A stretch of DNA of 64,000 nt from an uncultured Gemmatimonadales bacterium. Its GTDB lineage: Bacteria; Gemmatimonadota; Gemmatimonadetes; Palauibacterales; Palauibacteraceae. The DNA lies in the NCBI GenBank assembly GCA_963807645.1, contig CAWECO010000009.1:66214-130213 (forward strand). Direction: 5' to 3'. Below are positions 30,181 to 39,666 of the stretch, piece by piece (the stretch's first letter is position 1; each line of letters opens with the position of its first letter). The notes under the pieces are model-generated. The model made no database searches, had not been told where the DNA came from, and was given only the letters and a program-made list of their open reading frames with translations. The translations under genes and the position numbers were made by a program.

Positions 30181-30677
30181 CCTCGCTCCGCCACCGCTTC
30201 CCATTCCCTCTGCTCCCGGATGAGATCCGCATCGGAAACCGTGAAACCCAGGTGCGCGCGCCGGTACTGAGGCGGCTCCGATTCTTCGGGCGCGTAGAGT
30301 CGGTCTCCAGCGGCCAGCACGAAATCGAATCTGCCGGAGTCCACCATTGCCTCACGAACGGAGAGCAGAAGCGGCAGCGCCCGGCGCTCCTGCTCATCGC
30401 GGGATCCCTGGGCCTCGCACGCGACCGTCAGCATCACGTCGCACGGAACCGCCGATTCGGCCGGCGGAAGAGACACGTGCACCCCGAACATGATCCCGAA
30501 CGGGCCCTGCTTATCTTCCCACTGGTTGACCCAGTCGTCGACCACGATATCCAGCGAGGACAGTATTCGGGCGTCAAACAGAAGACGGCGGACGGCCCGG
30601 TGGATGGGACTCAGCTTCTCCCATCGGATCAGCCCGTCAGTCGATATGCCCAGATTTTGTAGAACGAGAGTAGTCAT
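30177..30677 (-). CDS. Hypothetical protein (166 aa, or 175 aa from TTG 30704); no family recognised
   Basis: Intact ORF. 5' part visibly lower in GC than its surroundings. Divergent from the XRE gene. Stop overlaps the convergent MATE stop (CTAG 30177-30180). Confidence 0.55.
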   Translation of the reverse strand: MTTLVLQNLGISTDGLIRWEKLSPIHRAVRRLLFDARILSSLDIVVDDWVNQWEDKQGPFGIMFGVHVSLPPAESAVPCDVMLTVACEAQGSRDEQERRALPLLLSVREAMVDSGRFDFVLAAGDRLYAPEESEPPQYRRAHLGFTVSDADLIREQREWEAVAERG

Positions 30678-30727
30678 CCATGTAAACACCTTCACTATTG
30701 ACAACCCATGGTAGTCTCGTGTAAACT
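30670..30727 (+). promoter_or_regulatory. Candidate promoter and operator repeats of the XRE gene
   Basis: TTGACA (30698-30703), 18-nt spacer, TAAACT (30722-30727). Composite direct repeat GTAGTC-N5-TGTAAAC (30670-30687) and GTAGTC-N3-TGTAAAC (30711-30726). Confidence 0.45.
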
Positions 30728-30761
30728 TATGGTGACGAGAACTTGACCGGAGGTGCGCCCT

Positions 30762-31175
30762 ATGTCAACCAGTACGCGAGTCGAGCTTTCGGAGCGCCTG
30801 AGGAAGGCGCGCGCCGGTATGAGCCAGCGTGGGATGAGCCATCAGCTCCGCGCGCAGGGATACGAGGTTTCCCCCGCGATGATCGGCAAGTACGAGGCGG
30901 GGTCGACGCCTCCCCCCGAGTACCTCGCGGCCATCTGCCGGATCTGCTACGTGAATCCGACATGGATGCTGACGGGAGAAGGGCCGAAGGCCTGGTATGA
31001 AGCCGAGGAAGCCGCGACGCGCGGACTGGTGGTCATGGGAGACGCAGTCCAGCAGATCGGCGCGGGACTCGCCCGACTGGCTCGTGATACCGAGGCCGAG
31101 ACGGTGGAGATCGACCTCGGCCCGGCGCTGATCACCATTCAGGCGAAGCGGATACGCGGCTCCGAACCGTCGTAG
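30762..31175 (+). CDS. XRE-family helix-turn-helix transcriptional regulator
   Basis: LSERLRKARAGMSQRGMSHQLRAQGYEVSPAMIGKYEAG is an HTH_XRE pattern. GGAGG 8 nt before ATG 30762 (the track ORF starts at GTG 30753). Confidence 0.75.
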   Translation: MSTSTRVELSERLRKARAGMSQRGMSHQLRAQGYEVSPAMIGKYEAGSTPPPEYLAAICRICYVNPTWMLTGEGPKAWYEAEEAATRGLVVMGDAVQQIGAGLARLARDTEAETVEIDLGPALITIQAKRIRGSEPS

Positions 31176-31197
31176 GCCGACCCTCTGGCCGCCAGGA

Positions 31198-34100
31198 TCA
31201 GACCGTTTCCGAAGCCGTCTCGCTGACGACCGTTCCCCGTCTGCCCTGTCGCCAGGCCCGGACCTTCAGGCCCATGTCGTGCTGCAGCATGGTCAGAGCC
31301 GGCACCAGCACCATGATGATGAAGGTGGCGAAGACCACGCCAATCCCAAGACTGACCGCCATCGGCACCAGGAACTGCGCCTGAAGGCTGCGCTCGATGA
31401 TGAGCGGAAACACGCCGAGGAACGTGGTCAGCGTGGTAAGCAGGATGGGCCGGAAGCGGACCTTCGCCCCGATCAGGATGGCTTCCTGAATAGGCTTTCC
31501 GGCGTTTCGCTGCTCCTTCACGAAGTCGAGCAGCACGAGCGAGTCGTTGATCACTACGCCGCTCAGACCCACGATCCCGAACATGCTGAGCATTCCCAGG
31601 TCCAGACCGAACATGAGGTGGCCGAATACAGCTCCCACCACTCCGAACGGAACGGCGGCCATGATGATCAGCGGTTCCACGTAGGACCGGAAGGGAATCG
31701 CCAGCAGGGCATACATCACGAACAGCGCCAGCATGAATCCCCTTACGATTCCGCCCAGCGCGCGTGCCTGCTCGCGCTGCTCTCCCCCGAAGCCGTACCC
31801 GAGAGCCGGATAGCGCTCCTGGGCCGCCGGCAGAATCCGACCCGTGAGCTCCGACGTAACTTCCGACCCGGTGATCACGGCACGATCCACATCGGCCGTG
31901 ATCGTCACGATCCGGCGTCCGTCCACGCGGCGGATGGTGGAGGGCGCGGTCCCGTATGACACGTCCGCGATCTCGTCGAGCGGAATCGCCGCCCCGGTGG
32001 GGGTCACGATCCGGTACTGGCGAATATCGGCCAGGTTGGACCGCTCGTCCTTGGGCAGGCGGACGTAGACCCGCACCTCTTCGCGGCCCCGCTGGACGCG
32101 CACCGCCTCCGATCCGAAGAACGCCGCTCGCACCTGGCGTGCCAGGTCATCGAGCGTCACGCCGAGCGTACGGGCACGCGGCTTGAGGCCGAGCTCGACC
32201 TCGCGCTTCCCGATCTCCTGGTCGTTCCGGACGTCGAATACACCCGCGTAGGTCCGTAGCTCGTCCTGCACCTCGCGGACGGCCCTCGAGAGGACGGCCG
32301 TGTCGGGGTGCGAAATCTCGAGCTGAACGGGCGCTCCGAGGTTGATCACCTGGGAAGAGAAGGTCATGCTGCGGGGGCCGGGCAGCTCGCCCACGGCGGT
32401 CCGCCACGCGTTCTCGAATTCCACGGATGAGAGGTTCCGTCGCTGTTCGGCCTCCAGGAGCCGGAAGTTGATCTCGGCCTTGTTGGACTCGATGAACGAG
32501 GGCAGCGCACCGGCCCCCGGACCCTGCTCGGCGGACGGATACCGCCCCACGCTCGCAAAGACGGCGGTCACCAGCTCCTGGTCGTCGCCGAGCCTTACAC
32601 CCAGACTGTCGGCGACCCGGCGTCCGACGGCCTCTATGTAGTCGGCGACGTCGCGAGTCCGCTCGGTGGGCGTCCCCTGCGGCATCTCGATCTGGGCGAT
32701 CACGTTGTCGCCTTCGATCCGAGGCAGGAAGCTGAAGCTCAGATACCGCCCTCCGACGATCCCCGCCGTGATCAGCAGCAGGGCGATGCCGCCGGAGATC
32801 ACCACTCCGTAGTGAGCCGTCGCGTACCGCACCGTACGGTCCACGGGACCGTCGATGAACTTCCGGAGGCCTGCCTGCACGGCATCCTGCGCCCGTTCCA
32901 CGAACCGAAGCCATGGCGGCAGTTTCATGTGCGCGTGCTCGGGCAGGTGCGATAGATGGTGCGGCAGGATGAACAGCGACTCGAGCAGCGAGAACAGCAG
33001 CACCGCGATCACCACCAGCGGGATGAACTTCAGGAACTTCCCGATCATCCCCGGCACGAACAGGAGTGGCGTGAACGCCGTGACCGTGGTCAGGACCGCG
33101 AAGGTGACAGGAAGCGCAACTCGCTGCGTTCCCTTTATCGCCGCCTCCAGCGGCCCGGCTCCCTGCTCGCGTTCCTTGTAGATGTTCTCGCCCACCACGA
33201 TGGCGTCATCGACCACGATTCCGATCGCGAGGATGAGTCCGAACAGGGACATCATGTTGATCGTTACACCGAGCGACGGCATCACGGCGAATGTGCCGAT
33301 GAACGACAAGGCGATCCCCACGGCCACCCACCACGACAAACGGAGGTCGAGGAACAGGGTCAGGGCGAGCAGCACCAGGGCGAGACCGATCATCCCGTTC
33401 TTGCGCAGCAGGTTGATGCGGCTGCGCAGGAGCTCCGCGTCGTTCTGCCAGATCTCGACCTCGACGCCGCGTGGCATCGAGGGTACCCCGATCTCCGCCA
33501 GGTAGGTTTCGACCACGTCCACGATCTCGAGCACCTGCTCGTCGGAAGTGCGGAACACCTGGACGAAAGCAGCCGGATGGCCGTTGTACAGGGTGACCAG
33601 GTCGGCGTCCTGGAACCCGTCCCGGATCGTGGCGATCTGGTCGAGCCGCAGGGTGGAGCCGTCCCGGGCTCCACGCACGATGATCCCGGCGAAGTCGTCC
33701 CGGTCGTACTTCTGTCCCTTTACCCGGACGAGGATTTCCTCGTCCGCCGTGTCCACTCGGCCGCCGGGCAGATCCAGGCTGGCGCGCCGGATGGCCATGG
33801 CCACCTGGTCGAGACTCAGGCCGTAGGAACGAAGCACGTCGTTCGAGACTTCGATCGAGATCTCGTAGTCTCGCACGCCGGCGACCTGCACGTAGGAGAT
33901 CTCGGGCATCGAGGACAGGTCGTCCTTGATCCGGTTGGCCAGTTCCTTGAGGGTCCTTTCGGGAACATCGCCGGTGACGGCGATGTCGATGACCCGGCTG
34001 CGGCTCCCCGCTTCGGTCACCTCGGGCTTTTCCGCATCGACCGGGAAGGTCGTGATGCGGTCCACTTCGGCCTTGATCTCGTCCAGCCGCTTGCCCGTGT

Positions 34101-34401
34101 CCTCGCCCAGGTTCAGCTCGATGAACACGATCCCGACGCCCTCGGAGGCGGTGGAGTTGATCTGGCTTACGCCCTCGATCGACTCGACCCGCTCCTCGAT
34201 GCGCTGGATGATCCCTTCCTCGACCTCCTCGGGTGATGCCCCGAGGTACGCCACCCTCACCTGCACGGCTCCGAGGTCGGATTCCGGAAACACCTCCTGC
34301 ACGACCGTGCTTCCGCCCACGAACCCGCCGGCGACGATCAGGAACATCAGCAGGTTGGCGGCGACGGGGTGAGCCGCCGTCCAGGCGATCGCTCGGTTCA
34401 T
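31198..34401 (-). CDS. RND efflux pump inner-membrane permease (AcrB/HAE1-like)
   Basis: Intact 1067 aa. 12-TM/2-loop architecture and typical AcrB-family sequence throughout. Confidence 0.95.
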   Translation of the reverse strand: MNRAIAWTAAHPVAANLLMFLIVAGGFVGGSTVVQEVFPESDLGAVQVRVAYLGASPEEVEEGIIQRIEERVESIEGVSQINSTASEGVGIVFIELNLGEDTGKRLDEIKAEVDRITTFPVDAEKPEVTEAGSRSRVIDIAVTGDVPERTLKELANRIKDDLSSMPEISYVQVAGVRDYEISIEVSNDVLRSYGLSLDQVAMAIRRASLDLPGGRVDTADEEILVRVKGQKYDRDDFAGIIVRGARDGSTLRLDQIATIRDGFQDADLVTLYNGHPAAFVQVFRTSDEQVLEIVDVVETYLAEIGVPSMPRGVEVEIWQNDAELLRSRINLLRKNGMIGLALVLLALTLFLDLRLSWWVAVGIALSFIGTFAVMPSLGVTINMMSLFGLILAIGIVVDDAIVVGENIYKEREQGAGPLEAAIKGTQRVALPVTFAVLTTVTAFTPLLFVPGMIGKFLKFIPLVVIAVLLFSLLESLFILPHHLSHLPEHAHMKLPPWLRFVERAQDAVQAGLRKFIDGPVDRTVRYATAHYGVVISGGIALLLITAGIVGGRYLSFSFLPRIEGDNVIAQIEMPQGTPTERTRDVADYIEAVGRRVADSLGVRLGDDQELVTAVFASVGRYPSAEQGPGAGALPSFIESNKAEINFRLLEAEQRRNLSSVEFENAWRTAVGELPGPRSMTFSSQVINLGAPVQLEISHPDTAVLSRAVREVQDELRTYAGVFDVRNDQEIGKREVELGLKPRARTLGVTLDDLARQVRAAFFGSEAVRVQRGREEVRVYVRLPKDERSNLADIRQYRIVTPTGAAIPLDEIADVSYGTAPSTIRRVDGRRIVTITADVDRAVITGSEVTSELTGRILPAAQERYPALGYGFGGEQREQARALGGIVRGFMLALFVMYALLAIPFRSYVEPLIIMAAVPFGVVGAVFGHLMFGLDLGMLSMFGIVGLSGVVINDSLVLLDFVKEQRNAGKPIQEAILIGAKVRFRPILLTTLTTFLGVFPLIIERSLQAQFLVPMAVSLGIGVVFATFIIMVLVPALTMLQHDMGLKVRAWRQGRRGTVVSETASETV

Positions 34402-35624
34402 TGGCCGCCCCCGTTCGCTACCTCAACGACCATTGAATCGGTGACGATGTTCATCGCGCTGACCACGACCCGGTCGCCCGGCGCGATGTCGGCGCTGACG
34501 TACACTTCGGCTCCGATCGCCTGAAGCAGCTCTGCCGGACGCAGGACGAGCAGGGTGTCCTGCTCGACCACGTATACGACGTCTCCGTCGCGCAGGGCCA
34601 TGCGTGGGAGGACCGCGTAGGCCTCTCGGGCCGCTCCCTGAATATCGACCGAAGCGTAGGTACCGAGCAGGAGCGGCGGACGTCGGCCCGCGTCGTCGGT
34701 TACGAACGGATCCGGGACGCGCACGACGACGTCCACGGTCCGGGTCTCGGGGTTCAGGGCTCCCTCGGCCCGGTCCACGTAGGCGGGCCATTCGTAGTCG
34801 CGACTGCCGAAGGATGCCCTGACGGTGGCGGGAATTCGTGTCGTCTCGTCTCCGGCGCCCGCCTCCCAGATGCCGTCGATCAGCGAGGCTTCGGCGTCCG
34901 TGAGCGGCACGACGATCTCCACCTCATCCGTGTCGTACAGGGAGCCGAGGTTCTGTCCGGGGGCCACGTACTGGCCAATGTCCACGGCCTTGCTGCTCAC
35001 GAGGCCGTCGAACGGCGCCGTGATGCGTGTCCGGCCCAGCGCCAGCCGCGCGTCCGCCAGCTGTGCTTCGGCGCTGCGCAGGTTTGCCCTTGCCGCCTGG
35101 AGCTGCGGCTCGCGGAAGATCAGGCTGCTTAGCGAGGCCGAGTCCGGCGCATCCAGGCCCTCACGTGCCACGAGGCGCTGGTACTCCTCGCGCGCCAGCT
35201 CCTGCTCTTCCTTCCACTGCAGGACCTCGACCTCGCGCTGCGCCACGGCGGCGGACGCGGCGTCCACCCGGTTCACGTAGTCTGCCCGCTCGATGCGCAG
35301 CAGAAGGTCGCCCTTCTCGAAGCGGCCGCCCGAGGCGAAGGCGGGTGACACCCAATCGACCCGCCCGGCCACCTGGGACGACAAGACGATCTGGCTCTTC
35401 GGCCGCACCGTTCCGTTGCCGCGAATCGTCAGGTTGCCGGACCGCACATCGGCCGGCGCCGTGACGACCAGTGGGATCCTTCGCGGAGGTTCCTGCGCCT
35501 CGGGGCGCGGACGGAATACCATCAGAAGCACGAAGCCCAGGATCCCGACCCCGATGACCGTGACGCCCTTCATGAACGGACTCAGGCGGGCAAATGCATC
35601 CGCCGGCTTGCTGAGTATGCTCAT
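34398..35624 (-). CDS. RND efflux periplasmic adaptor (membrane fusion protein, HlyD family)
   Basis: Intact 408 aa. N-terminal TM anchor, coiled-coil hairpin region, beta-barrel domain. ATGA coupling to the permease. Confidence 0.9.
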   Translation of the reverse strand: MSILSKPADAFARLSPFMKGVTVIGVGILGFVLLMVFRPRPEAQEPPRRIPLVVTAPADVRSGNLTIRGNGTVRPKSQIVLSSQVAGRVDWVSPAFASGGRFEKGDLLLRIERADYVNRVDAASAAVAQREVEVLQWKEEQELAREEYQRLVAREGLDAPDSASLSSLIFREPQLQAARANLRSAEAQLADARLALGRTRITAPFDGLVSSKAVDIGQYVAPGQNLGSLYDTDEVEIVVPLTDAEASLIDGIWEAGAGDETTRIPATVRASFGSRDYEWPAYVDRAEGALNPETRTVDVVVRVPDPFVTDDAGRRPPLLLGTYASVDIQGAAREAYAVLPRMALRDGDVVYVVEQDTLLVLRPAELLQAIGAEVYVSADIAPGDRVVVSAMNIVTDSMVVEVANGGGQ

Positions 35625-37184
35625 CGTCCCGCCTCCTCATCCGACGGGAACGTCAGTCGATCCATCATCTCGTATTCCTCTTCGAGCTGTTGCCCGATGT
35701 CTTCGTCGTCCTGGACCCAGGCCCCGCCAAGCGCACGGTGAACGGCCAGCCGGGCGTCGGCCAGCGAACGCTCGGCGGCCGCGAGGTTGATTTCCGCGCT
35801 TGCCAGGTTCTGGCGCGCGTCCAGGTATGCGATGTAGTTGCCCGACGCCCCGCTGGAACGATCGCAGCTGATAGTCCACCGAACCGGCCGCCGACGTGGT
35901 CTGCCGGCGAAGCGACTCGTAGCGCTCCGCCTGCTTGTCGAGGTTGACCAGGCTCACCTGCACTTCCTTGAACGCGGTCAGCACGGTGCGCACGTAGTTG
36001 GCGGCCTGGGCCTGGAACTGCGCCTCGGCCACGCCGACGTTGGCCCGCAGGCGGCCGCCCTGGAAGATCGGCTGCAGCAGCCCGCCGACCAGGTTGAAGA
36101 AGTACTGGTCCACCCGGAACAGGTCGGCGAACGAGCCGGCCTGCAGACCGACCGTCGCGTCGAGACGGATCTGCGGATACAGCTGCGCCTTCCGGGACCC
36201 GATCCGGTACCGCGCCGCCTCCATGCGCTGCCACGCCGACCACACGTCCGGCCGTTGCTCGAGCAGGGCCGCCGTGAGATCCGCCGGAACCGGGTCCAGC
36301 ACGATGGCCGGCGCCTCGTCCTCGCCGATCAGTCCGTCGATCGTTCCGGCGTAGCGGCCGAGCAGAATGGCGAGCCGCCCCTTGGCCTCTTCGTACGCGC
36401 TCTCGAGCACGGGAAGCGTCGCCTCTGTATTCCGGTACAGGGACTGGATCGTGTACAGCTCGAAGGTCGTGACCAGGCCGCTGTAGTAGCGCTCGTTGGT
36501 GAGTTCCGAGCGCTCCCGCAGGAGGTCCACGCTGAGCGTCGTGAGCTCGACCTGCCGCCGGAGCTCCACGATCTCCGCGTAGGTCGAGACGGTCGCCGAG
36601 ATCACCGCCAGACGGGCCGTCTGGTAGTCTCCCTCGGAGGCCAGGAAGTCGCTGATCGCCGCCTTGGTTTCGTTCCGGAACTTGCCCCAGAAGTCGATCT
36701 CGTAGGAGAAGCCGAGGGCGGCCGTCCACGTGTCGTACTGGAAGCGGTCCGGAAACAGGGAGGGCGGGCCAGGTGGCTGCTCGCCGCCTCCGCCGATCGC
36801 TCCGGCGAATCCGGTGTTCGTGGGCGCGTCCTGGTAGGTGCCGTCCGCCGACAGGCCGAGCGACGGATACAGGTTCGCCCGGGCGATCCGGTGTCGCTGC
36901 CGCACTTCCTCCACCCGCGCCACGGCCTCGCGCAGATCCAGGTTGGCGGCCAGCGCCGTGTCCACCAGGGCTTCGAGCACCGGGATCGTTGTAGACGGTC
37001 CACCAGCGCTCGGCCTCTCGGACTTCGCGGATCGAGTCCGCGACGGCAGCGCTGTCCACCGGGGCCGCGGCGTACTCGGCCGGCAGGTGGAGAACGGTGG
37101 TCGGCTCCCGGAGTCCGGGAGCGAACGAGCAGCCGGCCGCCAGCAGTGCATGGCCGCGGCGACAGCGACGATTGGCCTACGCAT
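35621..37184 (-). pseudogene. Outer-membrane efflux lipoprotein (TolC/NodT family), three frame breaks (~37146, ~36975, ~35858)
   Basis: ATG 37184 with GGGAGG. Lipobox LLAAGCS appears only after a shift (my translation). Body lies in ORF 35637..37259. C-terminus (NYIAYLDARQNLASAEINL...) is in a third frame ending at TGA 35621-35623, overlapping the MFP ATG. Confidence 0.85.
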
Positions 37185-37833
37185 CGGACACCTCCCGGCT
37201 CGCCAGGCCGTAGTAGACGACCTCGAACACGTGCTTCTTCCGCTGCTCGACGTAGGCATCGAAGTCCTCTGCCGCGAGCGGGTTCATCATCTTCACGGTC
37301 GGGCAGAGTCACGAAGAAGAAGACGCACGCCGACACGACGGTCAGCAGCAGCTGCCGCGGATCCACGGGCCGGATCTCGCCGGTCTGCGATCGCCCGCTC
37401 GATGGCCTCGACCATGGCCCGCTGCGGAGAGCCCTCGGTCGCGAAAGCCCGGGTCAGCATCTCTCCGAGCACGGGGTTGCCCGGCCATGTTCTCGGTCAC
37501 CATCCACATCGCCGCGTGCGGGTGCTCCCCAACCGAGTCGATGTAGTGGTCGATGAACGCGCGAAGCATATCCGCGAGACGGCCACCCTCGGCGGGAGCA
37601 TCGAAGCTCGCCAGGAACTGGTTGAACATCCGCTCGGCCACGGCCTCGTAGAGCTGTTGCTTGGTGCGGAAGTAGTAGTGCAGCAGCGGCCTGTGGATAC
37701 CCGCTTCGTCCGCGATCTCCTGGAGCCGCGCCCCGTCCCGGCCCTTTCGGGCGAACACCCTGAGCGCGGCGTCGAAGATCCGCGTCTCGGTATCCAGGTC
37801 ATCGGATCCCGTCGGGACCTGTGACTCGTTCAC
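37177..37833 (-). pseudogene. TetR-family transcriptional regulator, three frame breaks (~37465, ~37380, ~37300)
   Basis: HTH LQEIADEAGIHRPLLHYYFRTKQQLYEAV in ORF 37342..37833. The C-terminal half is reconstructed from two other frames. TAG 37177-37179 overlaps the OMF start. Length mod 3 = 0 (three +1 events). Confidence 0.8.
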
Positions 37834-37866
37834 TTGCGTGACTCACTTCAGCATCCTGTCCAGAGT

Positions 37867-37886
37867 GTTTGACAACATAGTCAAAC
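37867..37886. promoter_or_regulatory. Candidate TetR operator (perfect inverted repeat)
   Basis: GTTTGAC-AACATA-GTCAAAC lies 34 nt upstream of the tetR start. A second palindrome CAGTCtgGACTG is at 37899-37910. Confidence 0.5.
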
Positions 37887-37949
37887 AATAACGCCAAACA
37901 GTCTGGACTGTCAACCCTATGCTGTTCATAGTATGTCCTAGACAACACA

Positions 37950-37978
37950 TTGACAAGAACCGCTCCGCCACCTATCTT
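37950..37978 (+). promoter_or_regulatory. Sigma70-like promoter upstream of folE
   Basis: TTGACA (37950-37955), 17-nt spacer, TATCTT (37973-37978). Confidence 0.5.
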
Positions 37979-38022
37979 GTTGCAGGAACGGGGAAGTCAG
38001 GAATCTGAATCGGGGAGGCAGC

Positions 38023-38755
38023 GTGGTCAGCAGGCTCGGAGTCGTCAGAGCGCCGCTCGCGGAACAGGGCCCGGCGCATTCGGACCGCCGGAACGGGAAC
38101 GGCCGTCTGCATAGATCGAATGGCAACGGACACGGGAATGGAAACGGGACGGCAACTGGGATCGCGGAGCTTCGTCCATCAGGTGGCGTGGACATGGCCC
38201 GGGTCGAGGCCGCCGTTCGCGAAATGCTCATCGGACTGGGCGAGGATCCGGACCGGGAAGGCCTGGTGGATACGCCGGCGCGCGTGGCGCGCGCGTATCG
38301 GGAGATCCTCGGCGGGCATGCACGAGGATCCTGGCGATCACCTCGTCCGCCAGTTCTCGCAGGAGCAGACGGGAGACGACATCGTCATCCTGCGCGACAT
38401 CGACTTCGTGAGCGTGTGCGAGCACCATTTCCTTCCCTTCACCGGGAAGGCGCACGTGGCCTACCTGCCGTCGCACGGGAAGGTGACGGGACTGAGCAAG
38501 CTGGCCCGGACGGTGGACGTGTTCGCCCGCCGACCCCAGCTGCAGGAGCAGCTCACGAGCCAGATCGCGGATGCCATGGTCGAGCACCTGGATCCGCGCG
38601 GGGTCGGCGTCGTGGTCGAGGCCGAGCACTCGTGCCTGAAACTGCGGGGAGCCCGCAAGGCCCACACCGAAATGGTCACGACCGCCTTCCGCGGCGAGCT
38701 GCGCTGGGACCGGGACTTGAGGAGCGAAGCACTCGGATTGATGCGCGGGAGCTAG
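38023..38755 (+). CDS. folE: GTP cyclohydrolase I (FolE type 1), one frame break (~38315); unusual Asn/Gly-rich N-terminal extension
   Basis: [20 protein letters not shown] in ORF 38023.. is continued by ORF 38120..38755 ([21 protein letters not shown] ... QLQEQLT). Alternative start ATG 38194. Length mod 3 = 1. Confidence 0.9.
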
Positions 38756-38896
38756 CGCCCCTGGAGCACGTAACGGGTCCGTAGCCCGGTTTGCGTCCCT
38801 CGGAGTTGCGTTGCAGGTTGGCACTCCCCCAGACGGAGACATTTTGTGTAGACTGGTGTCCCGGATTCGATGAACTCATGAAGACCAGGAGTCGAT

Positions 38897-39591
38897 ATGT
38901 CATTCCAGCTGCCGAAGCTGCCGTATTCGTTCGACGCGCTCGAGCCTCACATCGACGCGCGCACATGGAGATCCACTACACCAAGCATCACCAGGGCTAC
39001 GTCAACAAGCTGAACGCAGCGCTGGAAGGTCACGCCGAACTGCAGAACCTGACCGCCCTCGAACTTCTCCTGAGCCTCGACTCGATTCCGGACAGCATCC
39101 GCACCGCGGTGCGAAACAACGGTGGCGGACACGTCAACCACTCGTTGTTCTGGACCAACATGAGTCCGGACGGTGGCGGTACGCCGGGTGGCATTCTCGG
39201 TGACGCGATCGACGACTCGTTCGGGTCGTTCGTGGAGTTTCACAAGCAGTTCAGCGCCGCCGCCGCGACGCGATTCGGCAGCGGCTGGGCGTGGCTGTGT
39301 GCGGCGTCCGACGGCCTCATCGTCACCTCGACCGCCAACCAGGACAACCCGATCTTCACGGACGGCGCGGTGCCGATCCTCGGCCTCGACGTGTGGGAGC
39401 ACGCCTACTACCTGAACTACCAGAACCGGCGCCCGGACTACATCGAGGCGTTCTGGAACGTGGTGGACTGGGATGAAGTGGCTGCGCGCCTGGCACTCGT
39501 CCGCGCGCACGAGACCTTCGAAGAGATGAAGGGCTGGGCCAAGGGCCAGTGGGGTTCGCTGAAGGACGCCCTCAAGAAGCTGACGGACTGA
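38897..39591 (+). CDS. Fe/Mn superoxide dismutase, one frame break (~38960, apparent 1-nt deletion)
   Basis: AGGAG then ATG 38897 ([22 protein letters not shown], my translation), then ORF 38791..39591 frame ([16 protein letters not shown] ... [12 protein letters not shown]). Confidence 0.9.
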
Positions 39592-39610
39592 GGCGTCGTA
39601 GCATTCCAGG

Positions 39611-39640
39611 GGGGGACCGCTCCGCTGCGGTCCCCCGTTT
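39611..39640 (+). terminator. Rho-independent-type terminator after the SOD gene
   Basis: Perfect 10-bp stem GGGGGACCGC / GCGGTCCCCC, 6-nt loop, then GTTTCATT. Confidence 0.6.
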
Positions 39641-39666
39641 CATTCTAGTTTCAGGAGATTCGACAC

